Source: Methanothrix sp. | GTDB lineage: Archaea; Halobacteriota; Methanosarcinia; Methanotrichales; Methanotrichaceae | Length of the DNA stretch: 64,000 nucleotides | Assembly (NCBI GenBank): GCA_963682135.1 | Contig: OY821645.1 | Location: 1,376,001-1,440,000 of the forward strand | Direction: 5' to 3' | In this document: in pieces, positions 22,401 to 30,669 of the stretch | Layout: every line of letters starts with the position of its first letter | How positions within the stretch are numbered: the stretch's first letter is position 1 | Notes under the pieces: generated by a model | Seen by the model: the letters and a program-made list of their open reading frames with translations, nothing else | Told to the model about the DNA's origin: nothing | The model's database searches: none | Position numbers and translations under genes: made by a program

Positions 22401-24016
22401 CTGCTGGAAGCAGGGCAGGCGACACGATCCATCTCCACTCCGCCAGAGTTGCAGAGGATCACAGGATCGCCATTGCTATTGCTGATGCCACCCCCAGAGG
22501 AGCCACGGAGATGAACTACCAGATAGCCTCCTGATGGGATAACTGTGCCGTCAGGAATGGTGGCCAATATGTAAGGGTTGTCATCATCCTTTATCGTCCA
22601 CTGCCCCACATTGAAGTCTGCGGTGCCCACGTTCTTCAGCTCCAACCGCTCCCAGGAAACAGTGCCGTCATTGTTGTCGTTCCCTTCCGGGTTGGGATAG
22701 ATCTCGTTTATTATTATCTTGTTTTCATACAGTCCGGCATCGACGCTCTTGCTCTGGCCGGGATCAAGCGTGATTTTGTCGCTTTTGCCCTGGTAGTCCA
22801 CATCGCTGTCTATGCTATCGTCGTTGCCCTGGTCTTTGGGGCTGAAGGTCTCTCCTGCGGGCGGGATGAACTGCACATAATAATCGCCCGGAACCAGGTC
22901 GATGAAGGAGTGGCTGCCATCGCCACTGGTTTGCGTATAGAAGCAGCCGACCTTGGAATTACAGTAATCTATTCTAACATTCGGTTCGCCTGGCTCGCCC
23001 GCATCCTGCAGGCCGTTGCCGTTCAAATCGCGCCAGGCTCTGCCCGACAAGGTTGCTCCTTCTGCGATGATCTGCAGGCCCGACGTATCGTCTGCCACAT
23101 AGGCATAGCTGCCGGAGACGGCCACGCCCCAGGCATGGCCTGGGGTGCTGCAATAGCCCACAGGACTTGGGCTGGTTGGGTTGATGATATCGATGATCTG
23201 CAGGCCAAACATCCCGTCGGCCACATAGGCATAGCTGCCGGAGACGACCACGTCATGGGCTATGCCTGGAGTGTCGAAATGGCCCACAAGATTTGGGCTG
23301 AAGGGATTGCTAACATCGATGATCTGCAGGCCCGACATTTCATCCGCCACATAGGCATAGCTGCCGGAGACGGCCACGCCCCAGGCAGAGCCTGGAGTGT
23401 CGCAATAACCCACAAGATTTGGGCTGGAGGGGTTGCTGACATCGATGATCTGCAGGCCCGACGCATCATCCGCCACATAGGCGTAGCTGCCGGAGACGGC
23501 CACGCCATAAGCAGAGCCTGGAGTGTCGCAATAACCCACAAGATTTGGGCTGGAGGGGTTGCTGACATCGATGATCTGCAGGCCCGACGCATCATCCGCC
23601 ACATAGGCGTAGCTGCCGGAGACGGCCACGCCAAAAGCAGAGCCTGGGGTGTCGCAATGGCCCACAAGATTTGGGCTGGTTGGGTTGCTGATATCGATGA
23701 TCTGCAGGCCATAAAACCAGTCGGCCACATAGGCGTAGCTGCCGGAGACGGCCACACAAAGGGCAAAGCCTGGGGTGTCGTAATAGCCCACACGACTTGG
23801 GCTGGTTGGGTTAATGATATCGATAATCTGCAGGCCCGACATTTCATCCGCCACATAGGCGTAGCTGCCGGAGACGGCCACGCCATTGGCACGGTCTGGG
23901 GTGTCGTAATAGCCCACTTTCAACCAGGCCCCCTGGGCGGTGGCGAGAAGCAGCATAGCCAGCAGCGCCAATTGTAGCAGCAGTCTGCTGCATTCCATCC
24001 ACGGCTTAATCATCAT
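16439..24016 (-). CDS. Giant modular surface protein: LVIVD repeats, SdrD-B/CnaB repeats, lamin-tail domain, GEVED domain, DUF11-like domains; start at 24016 or 23998
   Basis: Signal peptide; VAVSGSYAYVAD...GLQIID repeats; IINEIYPNP; DGEVEDY; SGMKFED.N.NG..D.GEPGL.GW repeats. Confidence 0.92.
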   Translation of the reverse strand: MMIKPWMECSRLLLQLALLAMLLLATAQGAWLKVGYYDTPDRANGVAVSGSYAYVADEMSGLQIIDIINPTSPSRVGYYDTPGFALCVAVSGSYAYVADWFYGLQIIDISNPTSPNLVGHCDTPGSAFGVAVSGSYAYVADDASGLQIIDVSNPSSPNLVGYCDTPGSAYGVAVSGSYAYVADDASGLQIIDVSNPSSPNLVGYCDTPGSAWGVAVSGSYAYVADEMSGLQIIDVSNPFSPNLVGHFDTPGIAHDVVVSGSYAYVADGMFGLQIIDIINPTSPSPVGYCSTPGHAWGVAVSGSYAYVADDTSGLQIIAEGATLSGRAWRDLNGNGLQDAGEPGEPNVRIDYCNSKVGCFYTQTSGDGSHSFIDLVPGDYYVQFIPPAGETFSPKDQGNDDSIDSDVDYQGKSDKITLDPGQSKSVDAGLYENKIIINEIYPNPEGNDNNDGTVSWERLELKNVGTADFNVGQWTIKDDDNPYILATIPDGTVIPSGGYLVVHLRGSSGGGISNSNGDPVILCNSGGVEMDRVACPASSSKEGLSYSCIPDASDNWGFWGVPTFGGSLSSDPLPGAPNMLTEDYGDAPNTFKTIRSSDGPRHLMTGPHLGSSVDYEPDGQPTANADGDGADEDGATFSDHIIIGQQSSFSVTASAPGILQAWMDFDGDGDFSDAGEQIAIDQALSAGAQTVSFSVPADANDGYTFARLRFSSSPGLASYGPASDGEVEDYRVEIKYGLGDYVWVDEDVDGIQDAGEKGLEGVTVYLMDAADNIVASQTTDADGKYLFESPAAGAYYLEFLPPAGYSITVQDQGADNGLDSDADPVTHRTRKVNVVSGSMDLSWDAGLYQPVSISGMKFHDKDANGEKGPDEPPIPGWEIQLKDSSGSLLRTTTTSGEPGKEGTYEFVDLQPGTYRVYEVQKPGWVKTAPAEEYFTVTLTNLPAQGKMFGNNQLAISGKKFHDRNGDGKMDTDEPPLSGWDIQLKDESDNLLQTTTTSGEPGKEGTYEFLNLQPDTYRVYEVSKAGWVRTYPAEEYHSVTLTNMPSRENLFGNVIASGLSGMKFEDLNANGAKDSGEPGLSGWTIRLMKEGTIVDSQVTAADGAYSFADIAPGSYTVEEAAQAGWTQSYPATTGTYPVTLVSGVPGPTNLDFGNFRTTGFSGMKFEDLNGNGAKDAGEPGLSGWTIRLMKEGTTVESKVTAADGTYSFIGIAPGSYTVQEAAQAGWTQSYPASGTHPLNLVSGVPGPIDLDFGNFRTTGFSGMKFEDINGNGAKDNGEPGLASWTIRLIKEGTMVESQVTAADGTYSFTGIAPGSYTVEEAPQSGWTQSYPASGTHPLNLVSGVPGPINLDFGNYWSTSLSGIKFEDKNRNGLKDSGEPGLAGWTIRLMKEGAEVDSTVTAADGSYSFMGVVPGSYTVEEVAQSGWTQSYPASPGTHPVTLLSGVPGPTDLDFGNYWSTVLSGMKFEDKNGNGLKDSGEPGLAGWTIRLMKVGTEVASKVTAADGTYSFIGIEPGSYTVEEVAQSGWTQSYPASPGTHPVTLLSGVPGPTDLDFGNYWSTVLSGMKFEDKNGNGLKDSGELGLSGWTIRLKKEGTEVASKVTAADGTYSFIGVEPGSYTIEEVAQLGWTQSYPASPGTHPVTLVSGVPGPTDLDFGNRRFVQALQVAITADKLNVLPGQELTFYITINHDSSIGLNSMIVEYTLPSGLSFIGSNYSPLGVTQNADGTTTITWTFAAFSPQMAAQTAESDKSGDANAPSTTITVTSGVQPDAPQSLTGAVVVTGTSSEVTIAEARGTVSVNVEKLTGQPVHLNKTSDLLEVWPGATIGYTIAYESLLAKTALTNVVITEQASPDLIFLSASPAPDQGTDNIWTIGDLAPGQKGTISVFFQVKNASNLSFWSESSVSGSGFASTYRRLSTETQSQGLRNSVTLTCEEFTPVSTSYFVKLRDRDGTSLLKTEHGSGDYHSEEVAALQMQNRSISTAGSLKAAYRPTSFLLPGGRSINYSSEISSLTRTRNRATQASTSNEIRYAKSLEMDQKLLVDKNETLISVEGSLQGQVHLGALKKDGEAVKPTPVFESSQEYAGSFRFNQSLEDYGSNVRLIGNASGQGEVTSDQRLKKSQRSYEHGNGSYESEEQASTAESYMAKDLSVSSDPAYGYGKWQSGIWSKSSGKSYLGQEVKGADYIKEETRASGLNDLSSNLSYRGQGRFRTVSEPDNRSALDLDEEYVGEYTIQRKIRLGGVSRFDRPHLTLNKTGRLVPGTAAADYTITVQNDGNTALGPVYVWDIFPAGTDYLTSSLKPNRLQPGYANWSLLYLGIGQSVTISLRLNVTDRQDELVNLVYASGGHNDEWVTAGNMSVMQFGWLGCCQPDLLLEKQARIDAVDGRTIWYRVLLKNRANVSLAAQVTDRLPAGLELLNASAEPQVQGENLVWVTGAIPAGKSRFIEYRTQAAQNGRFVNTALAEVHALDGSGGSAVQASATVTVGEATSYAEDGWRPPEWGLDRMEMICDDEIAGEGGSCGCPLYE
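19052..21470 (-). repeat. Intragenic tandem SdrD-B/CnaB repeats: six of 300-303 bp plus two of ~306 bp
   Basis: GTTGCCGAAATCCAGG recurs at 19052, 19355, 19658, 19961, 20261, 20561; a second subtype pair spans ~20865-21470. Confidence 0.9.
23065..23920 (-). repeat. Intragenic 126-bp LVIVD tandem repeats (~7)
   Basis: TAGCTGCCGGAGACG recurs every 126 bp. Confidence 0.9.
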
Positions 24017-24280
24017 GAGACCATGTCGACAATGCCTGCGGCTGCACACGGCCTGCGCGCGCCCTCTCGGGCGGACCGAAATCCCTGCCATTGCTCCCTT
24101 TCCCTCCCCTGACCGAAGAAAGCTGATTTGCGACAGCCTCCCCTGCACTGGGAGGTGCCCGCATAACTGATACAAAACTATGCCAATTTATGCTGAAGAA
24201 TAATTCAGGTATAAAATCTTTACCATTGTTGGCAATCATTGCAGAAAATGGCAAAAAAATGTTATTAAGATATCTGAATC

Positions 24281-25051
24281 TCACTGAGCTTTCGCAAACT
24301 CGATGGTCTTCTCAGGCACTGCCCCTGCATTTGTCTGCACTTTTTCCAGGTTGCTTTGAAACTCGCTGTTGCTTGGCTCCAGCGCCAGAGCCTTCTCAAA
24401 GCTGCTACGTGCATCCTCTGCAAGACCTAACTGTAATTGGACCAATCCTTTGGTATTCCAGGCATTGGCATTCTTGGAATTGAGCTCAATCGCCCTGTCC
24501 AGGAGGGGAAGAGACTCATTGAAACTACCCTGCGATACCAGCAACCACCCTTGCCGATACCAGGCCAGATCAAGTGACGGGTTCAAAGCAGCAGCCTGAC
24601 CATAGGCCTGCAATGCCTCATCGTATCTTTGCATCTCCTCCAGGATCATCCCTTTATTGAAATAATAGTTGGCATTCCTGGGGTTGAGACTCAAGGCCGT
24701 CTCAATGGATTCGAGGGCCTCCTCATGCTGCCTCATGCCACCGGATAGAATCAGCCCCCGATCATTGTAAGCCTGGGCATTGGAGCGGTCCAGCTTGATC
24801 AGCTCATCAAAGCTATCCACAGCTTCGCTGTATCTCTTCATAACCCTGAGCAGATTGGCTTTGAAGCTCCAGGCCCAGGTATCGGTGGAGTTCAGATCGA
24901 GGTATTCATCGATGTCCTGCAATGCCAGAGAGTACGAACCATTGTTGTAGTCGCTTTGCGTCTGCATGAGCCAATAATTGGCATCCTGGCCGACTGCGGC
25001 GGAAATAGTTACCAGGAAAAAGGCCAGGAGAAAGAAGACTATGGACTTCAT
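24281..25051 (-). CDS. Secreted TPR-repeat protein
   Basis: Signal peptide; repeated AWN.KG/A..LNP TPR motifs. Confidence 0.88.
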   Translation of the reverse strand: MKSIVFFLLAFFLVTISAAVGQDANYWLMQTQSDYNNGSYSLALQDIDEYLDLNSTDTWAWSFKANLLRVMKRYSEAVDSFDELIKLDRSNAQAYNDRGLILSGGMRQHEEALESIETALSLNPRNANYYFNKGMILEEMQRYDEALQAYGQAAALNPSLDLAWYRQGWLLVSQGSFNESLPLLDRAIELNSKNANAWNTKGLVQLQLGLAEDARSSFEKALALEPSNSEFQSNLEKVQTNAGAVPEKTIEFAKAQ

Positions 25052-25161
25052 GCTCCCTAATGTATTCGAGGAAGTGGATATAGCTTGCGGTCGGTTGCTT
25101 ATGGCTACCGCTATACCAAGTTTCAGTTCAAATCTGAATTAAAATAAGTGCGAAGATCGAC

Positions 25162-25959
25162 CTAAAGGACGACCTTCTCCGCTTCCTCTGCGGTGTATCC
25201 CTTATGAACCACGGTGCATAGCTTCTTGACCAGAAGCGTGGGATTTTTCGCCTGGAAGATGTTTCTGCCGAAGGCAACGCCTGCCCCGCCGACCGCTATT
25301 GCGTCATAGACCATCTGCAAGAGGTCCTTTTCCGTGTCCATCTTGGGTCCACCGGCGATGACTACCGGCACGCTGCAACCCTGCACAACCTCCTTGAAGG
25401 TATCGGGTGACCCGGTATAGTTGGTCTTGACAATATCCGCCCCCAGCTCGGAACCGATTCGGGCGGCAAGCTTTACATACTCCACATTGTGCTCGGACTT
25501 GACCTTTGGCCCGCGAGGATACATCATGGCAATGAGCGGCATGCCCCACAGATCGCAGGTTCTGGCTACTCGGCCCAGATCGTGCAGCATCTCCGCTTCG
25601 TCCTCTGCGCCCACGTTGACATGAATGCTTACCGCATCAGCCCCTATCCTTATGGCATCCTCCACCTCAGTCACAAGAACCTTGTGATTGGGATCAGGAC
25701 CCAGAGAACTGGATGCCGAGAGATGGATGATCAATCCGATATCACGTCCATAGCCTCTGTGGCCGTGAAGAGGCAGGCCCATGTGCCCCAAAACAGCATT
25801 TGCTCCGCCTTCGGCCACTTTGTCCACCGTGGCAGGCATGTTCGTCAGGCCGGCGATGGGGCCTACGGAGATGCCGTGATCCATGGGTACAATGACTGTT
25901 CTGCGAGTCTTGCGATCCAGAATGCGCTCCAGTCTTATCGCCTTTCCGATCTTGCTCAT
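25162..25959 (-). CDS. aroA': 2-amino-3,7-dideoxy-D-threo-hept-6-ulosonate synthase (class I aldolase family)
   Basis: [20 protein letters not shown] (Schiff-base Lys), IAGGPK, GRNIFQ. Confidence 0.85.
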   Translation of the reverse strand: MSKIGKAIRLERILDRKTRRTVIVPMDHGISVGPIAGLTNMPATVDKVAEGGANAVLGHMGLPLHGHRGYGRDIGLIIHLSASSSLGPDPNHKVLVTEVEDAIRIGADAVSIHVNVGAEDEAEMLHDLGRVARTCDLWGMPLIAMMYPRGPKVKSEHNVEYVKLAARIGSELGADIVKTNYTGSPDTFKEVVQGCSVPVVIAGGPKMDTEKDLLQMVYDAIAVGGAGVAFGRNIFQAKNPTLLVKKLCTVVHKGYTAEEAEKVVL

Positions 25960-26041
25960 GATTGGTAGTTCATGCGAACACTCAAATTAAAGATGATGGT
26001 CGAAGAAGGGCAAGTGCCCTACTGGCCCGATTCTCGCTTTA

Positions 26042-26842
26042 TCAGGATACCTCCGCCGCGGTCTTCGGCACTTTCTGAAAATCCTCTTGCACCTCTTTGC
26101 CATCCAGATAGAGCAACGTGGCCAGGCCGTAGACGTAGGGCAGGGAGAGCACACTAATTATGGCACCGATGAAAGGAATGTTGGGAAGCACTGCGCTTAT
26201 GCCAAGAGAGACCAAGAATACGACCAGAGAATCGGATAGATTTGCCTCGACAAAACGGTAGCTTGCTTTCAGGGCCTCTGTGCCGGACTTGCCGTCGATC
26301 ATCACCGTTTGGATGACGAAGTAGAAGGCAAAGCTCAAGATTACGCCAGGGATGAAAAAGAGCAGATATCCCAGGGCTACAATTATGCCGGCCAGGAGAG
26401 AAGTGATGACCAACGGCTCCATTTTAGCCATAGTGGCCTTCCAGGCATTGGATAGGTTTGCCTTATTGCCTGTAGACGCCACTTTAATCATTTCTATTGT
26501 CATCCCTTCCGCCAGGAAGAAGAGTACTATCATAAGTATTATGAACAGGAAAATGCCTTCCAGGGCCGAGAACACACTGGATCCTTCATCTCCAAAGACT
26601 GCGATCAGCCCTATGTAGCCCGCGAAGATCAAAAAAACCACAATGAGCACTGCTATGGGAATAAGTGACGGCAAAATCATGAGGGGATTATCCCGGTAGA
26701 TCTTATAGGCACGCGAGAAGATCTCGCCCAGCGCCCTTTTTCCCGGACTTTTTTCCTTTTTCGTTTCATTTTCTACAATCGGGGCGAGCGCATCGGACTT
26801 TGCATCGGATTGAGGATCAAGTTGGTCTGAATCGGAATTCAT
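26042..26842 (-). CDS. Membrane protein, hypothetical
   Basis: Several TM helices; IPG and ALKAS motifs. Confidence 0.75.
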   Translation of the reverse strand: MNSDSDQLDPQSDAKSDALAPIVENETKKEKSPGKRALGEIFSRAYKIYRDNPLMILPSLIPIAVLIVVFLIFAGYIGLIAVFGDEGSSVFSALEGIFLFIILMIVLFFLAEGMTIEMIKVASTGNKANLSNAWKATMAKMEPLVITSLLAGIIVALGYLLFFIPGVILSFAFYFVIQTVMIDGKSGTEALKASYRFVEANLSDSLVVFLVSLGISAVLPNIPFIGAIISVLSLPYVYGLATLLYLDGKEVQEDFQKVPKTAAEVS

Positions 26843-26975
26843 GGTAAGTCATTTCTCTGTTTATGATTCGAATCTATATAAAATTTTGCGAAATCGACTG
26901 CATTGCTATTTAGACTTGCGTCCGTCAAGCGAGCTTTTTATACCTTTGGACGACATTCCTAAAGGGGGGAATTAC

Positions 26976-27674
26976 ATGAAGTGGTTAGTAATAATATTAG
27001 GCATTATGATCACTGCCTCTCTCTCATCCATAGCAGGGGGCATGAATCCATCATTGACCGTTGTGGGCGAAGGGACCGTAAGTGTGCCTGCAGATATTGC
27101 GACCATCTCCGTCTCCGTGCAGAGCGGCAACGAAAATATGACGCAAGCTTCGGCATCCGTCCAGGAGATGATGGCTCAGGTAATCGATGCTCTGAAAGCA
27201 GCGGGCGTCAAAGATGAAGAGATTATTCCAGGACAGTCAAATGGAGTAACCAGCTATCAGTCCACCAGCAAGGTCTGCAAGAGAGTAAACAACAGCACAA
27301 TATGCGAGAATGACTCGACCTCTCTCTCTTCCTTGGAGCGATCGACCATCATACGCCTTAAGAGCACCGATGAAACCAGAATAAACCATGTGCTGGATGC
27401 AGCCCGCTCTGCCGGAGCCAAGGCTTATGTGGCTGGATACGGCCTGAGCGATTCCAGCAAGGCTGCGACGCAGGCTCGCCAGAAAGCAGTAGCCAATGCC
27501 AAAGAGAATGCAGCCGCAATGGCAGCCGCAGAAGGATTGCGTTTGGGAAAGGTGCTGGACATTTCCGATTATGGATATCCACTTGCGCTTAACGATTTCT
27601 CAGGCGGCTCGGCACAACTGGGCATGGTAGATGTTACCTCCTACGTGGTAGTCACCTATGAGTTTGAAATTTGA
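26976..27674 (+). CDS. SIMPL (DUF541) domain secreted protein
   Basis: TVVGEGTVSVPAD.A, AV.NA...A..MA...G..LGKV..I. Confidence 0.85.
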   Translation: MKWLVIILGIMITASLSSIAGGMNPSLTVVGEGTVSVPADIATISVSVQSGNENMTQASASVQEMMAQVIDALKAAGVKDEEIIPGQSNGVTSYQSTSKVCKRVNNSTICENDSTSLSSLERSTIIRLKSTDETRINHVLDAARSAGAKAYVAGYGLSDSSKAATQARQKAVANAKENAAAMAAAEGLRLGKVLDISDYGYPLALNDFSGGSAQLGMVDVTSYVVVTYEFEI

Positions 27675-27713
27675 GGAGGTCACAGCCAGCGTGACCATGA
27701 CCTACGAGATATC

Positions 27714-28223
27714 TTAGCTGTACATCGGTTCGGGCGGGCCTGCGATCCTGTTCGTCGGCCCTTCCCCAAAGATCTCCTGGAACTTCCAGACCACATAAAG
27801 CTCGCACTTGAAGTTGCTGCGAATGGCCTGCATCAACTCGTTCTTGGTGAGACCGTCATAATAGATCTCTCGCGTAAAACGAATGCTCTGCAGATCGCCT
27901 CCTCCCGGCTCGATCTCGAAACTGGAATCCTGGAAGAGCAGGTCATAGCGCATCTGCCAGAGCAATCGCTCTTTCTCCTTAGGAGGCATAGCGGCCAGAG
28001 CTTTTTGATGCGCGTCGGCCAGCCTTATGCGGCTGAAGACGACGACCACGTCCTCATGGCCTTTGGGCTGAATGACGGATAAATGCCGGCCGGACTTGGC
28101 AGGAAACTCTGCTGCTATCTGAAAGTAAAGATGCTCCTGCGGGATCTCTTCCTTGAACAGCCCTTCCTGAACCAGCCAGTTCTTGATCTTTTCCTGGGTT
28201 TCAATGATCTCTTGAGATGTCAT
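27714..28223 (-). CDS. DUF2299-like protein
   Basis: IKNWL.QEG and IYYDGLTK motifs; last gene of por-purO-ftr run. Confidence 0.75.
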   Translation of the reverse strand: MTSQEIIETQEKIKNWLVQEGLFKEEIPQEHLYFQIAAEFPAKSGRHLSVIQPKGHEDVVVVFSRIRLADAHQKALAAMPPKEKERLLWQMRYDLLFQDSSFEIEPGGGDLQSIRFTREIYYDGLTKNELMQAIRSNFKCELYVVWKFQEIFGEGPTNRIAGPPEPMYS

Positions 28224-28235
28224 CGCTTATCTCAT

Positions 28236-29126
28236 CTACTCCAGCACGGCGCGCAGCGGGAACTGATGAGTGCCAAGCTTTCCTTCGTAGTTGGCGGCAC
28301 TGATCTTCAGGACGCCGGGCACACGACAGGCGGCATTGATTCCTGCCTTCATGGCTGCGGAAATAGCTTCCCTGCTCACGCCGTTTATTACTATCTCAAA
28401 GACGGCTGAGACATCTTCGGCCAGAGTGCAGACCCCGTCCTCACGCAGCGACGTGCAGAAGGCTGTGTTGGTGGAGGCTTTCAGGAATTTATATTTTGAG
28501 CCCACCTTTGAGCCGCTGGCCACGACGCCACCCGGGAAGGGAGTTATGGTACCATTGATTTTGCCAATGGCGTTTACTGCCGATTCGGCTGCCATCAAGC
28601 CTGCCGCCTGATTCTGGGCGAAGATGAGGAAATTGCCGCCGGCTATCCCATCGATGGCCCCAAAATTCTGCTCGACGATGAAGTCCCCGGACATGAGTGG
28701 GATCTTCCAAACGTTTCTCCCGCATACCTCGGCTTGCTTTTGGTAGCCGTCGCCAAAGAAGCTGAGCTTTTTGCCGGTATCAAATTGCTTTTCTGCATCC
28801 TGCATGCCGGAAAAAGCCGCCGCGGTGGGTGCCGTCAGAATGCACTGGCCAATGCGAAAGAGTAGCGAGTTTTCCAGGTTCTTGTAGCCCATATTGCAGA
28901 TAAGGATATTGACTCCCGGCCTTCCGTCCGGCGTCTCATCTCCCCCTACAATGCCTTCGATGCCTGCCTCTGCCGAGCATCCTATCACCGACGTGCCGAA
29001 TCCCGTGGCTTCACGCGCCGCCTCCAGAGCCCAGCGCTCCGTCACTGCTGTGACTACCACCCTTGCCATCTTTATGGGAAAGCCTTCGGCAAAGGTATCT
29101 TCGATCTGAACACCATTGATCTCCAT
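28236..29126 (-). CDS. ftr: Formylmethanofuran:tetrahydromethanopterin formyltransferase
   Basis: MEINGVQIEDTFAE, TPDGRPG, RIGQCILTAPT, GGVVASGSKVGSKY. Confidence 0.96.
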   Translation of the reverse strand: MEINGVQIEDTFAEGFPIKMARVVVTAVTERWALEAAREATGFGTSVIGCSAEAGIEGIVGGDETPDGRPGVNILICNMGYKNLENSLLFRIGQCILTAPTAAAFSGMQDAEKQFDTGKKLSFFGDGYQKQAEVCGRNVWKIPLMSGDFIVEQNFGAIDGIAGGNFLIFAQNQAAGLMAAESAVNAIGKINGTITPFPGGVVASGSKVGSKYKFLKASTNTAFCTSLREDGVCTLAEDVSAVFEIVINGVSREAISAAMKAGINAACRVPGVLKISAANYEGKLGTHQFPLRAVLE

Positions 29127-29154
29127 AACATCCCTCCTCATCTATGTTTCTTTT

Positions 29155-29778
29155 CTATCTCGGATTGAAGACAGCCAGATCAAATCCGCTGCCCGATCTA
29201 TCCGATTGTGCATACGCTGCAGCCGCACAGACCGGTCTCTCCAGAGGCAAATCAAACGCCACTCTGGCAATATCTCCGGCAGATTCTTCGGCCAGAGCTA
29301 CTACCTCAAAGTCGGTCTTCTCATAAGTCGCAACCAGAAAAGCCTGATCCGTCGTCAGATCAAACTGCTTAACCCGCAGCTCATCCTTCTTGGCTATGCC
29401 CAGCCAGCATCGATCTTTGCGCACCGCCCCAGCTATTCGCGGGGTATCAAGCTCATCCCTCTCATAGCCGTAAGCCGCCAAACTGAGGACGATGGCGTCC
29501 ATAGGCTGCTGACCATCCTGAATTCTCTCGAATATCATGTCGGTATGAGTGCCATTGCTAACAACCGCAAAGCCGTCGGCGACGCTGCCTGATGCCCGGA
29601 TGCAGTTGTAGGCGATGTAAGGATTTCGGGTCAGGTCAGCACTGTCCAGGGGCGAAACCATGATGCCCTGACCGCGCACCTCTGCCCTGCGATTGGGAAA
29701 AGAGCGGGAGGAGACTCTGTAGGCGACAAAGCTCCTTCCTCTGCTGCGGCCTACTAGAACAATTCGGCCTACATACAT
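29155..29778 (-). CDS. purO: Archaeal IMP cyclohydrolase
   Basis: MYVGR, YRVSSRSFPNR, NPYIAYNC, SNGTHTD, YE.D..TPRIAG. Confidence 0.93.
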   Translation of the reverse strand: MYVGRIVLVGRSRGRSFVAYRVSSRSFPNRRAEVRGQGIMVSPLDSADLTRNPYIAYNCIRASGSVADGFAVVSNGTHTDMIFERIQDGQQPMDAIVLSLAAYGYERDELDTPRIAGAVRKDRCWLGIAKKDELRVKQFDLTTDQAFLVATYEKTDFEVVALAEESAGDIARVAFDLPLERPVCAAAAYAQSDRSGSGFDLAVFNPR

Positions 29779-29780
29779 AT

Positions 29781-30656
29781 TCAGTCAACCAGCTTGTACT
29801 TGGCGATATTAGCATCCGCCAGTGCCTGAATCTGTCCCAGACTATCTGCACATTCTGCTTTCTTGAAGAGGTGCTTGTAGCGGCCCTGCAATTTGAGGTA
29901 CTCTGCTACCGGCTTGGGCCGGCGCACCTTTTTGACGCCCGTCAGCTCTCCTTTTTCGTATTCCGTGAGCGGCCACAGGCCACTTTCCACAGCCAGGCGC
30001 GCGAGCTGTATCATGGTGCCTGCCTCAAAGGTCCAGCCGGTGATGCAGGGCGCATTGACCTGGATATAGGACGGCCCGTTCACCTGCAGAGCCTTCTTGA
30101 CCTTTCGTCTCAGGTCCACAGGATAGGCGACCGATGCGGTAGCTACGTAGGGAACCTTGTGGGCCAGAGCGATGGCCGGCATATCCTTCTTAGGACGCGC
30201 ATTTCCCTGGCTCTGGCTGCCGGAAGGCGTGGTGGTGGTATGTGCACAAAACGGCGTAGATCCGCTTCTCTGCACTCCCGTGTTCATGTAGGCCTCATTG
30301 TCATAACAGACATAGAGGATCTTATGGCCGCGCTCGAACATGCCGGAATTAGAGCCCATACCGATATCAAAAGTGCTCCCATCTCCACCGATGACGATCA
30401 GATTGGTGTCCTTACCACGTCGCTTCAGCATAACCTCCACACCGGAGGCCACTGCGGAAGCATTCTCGAACAGGGAGTGAAGCCAGGGAACACACCAGGC
30501 GCTCTCCGGGAAAGGAGTGGTTGTAACCTCCAGGCAGCCCGTGGGCGAGACCACGATGGTATTGGGTCCCGCGGCATCTAATACCAGCCTGATGGTGGTA
30601 GGCATGGCGCATCCTGCACAGGCCCTATGCCCTGGTGCCAGCAAAGATTTTTCCAT
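29781..30656 (-). CDS. porB: Pyruvate:ferredoxin oxidoreductase beta subunit
   Basis: GHRACAGC, TGCLEV, GGDG..DIG, DNEAYMNTG.QRS. Confidence 0.93.
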   Translation of the reverse strand: MEKSLLAPGHRACAGCAMPTTIRLVLDAAGPNTIVVSPTGCLEVTTTPFPESAWCVPWLHSLFENASAVASGVEVMLKRRGKDTNLIVIGGDGSTFDIGMGSNSGMFERGHKILYVCYDNEAYMNTGVQRSGSTPFCAHTTTTPSGSQSQGNARPKKDMPAIALAHKVPYVATASVAYPVDLRRKVKKALQVNGPSYIQVNAPCITGWTFEAGTMIQLARLAVESGLWPLTEYEKGELTGVKKVRRPKPVAEYLKLQGRYKHLFKKAECADSLGQIQALADANIAKYKLVD

Positions 30657-30669
30657 TTTTTCTCAGCTC

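Noticed and set aside
20912-23977. Long antisense ORFs (388 aa, 355 aa) within the giant gene
   Set aside because: Shadows of a repetitive, GC-biased coding sequence.
24085-24115. SRP RNA helix-8-like string (GTCAGG...GGAAAGGGAGCAA, minus strand)
   Set aside because: Bases flanking the loop cannot pair, and the rest of the SRP fold is not evident.
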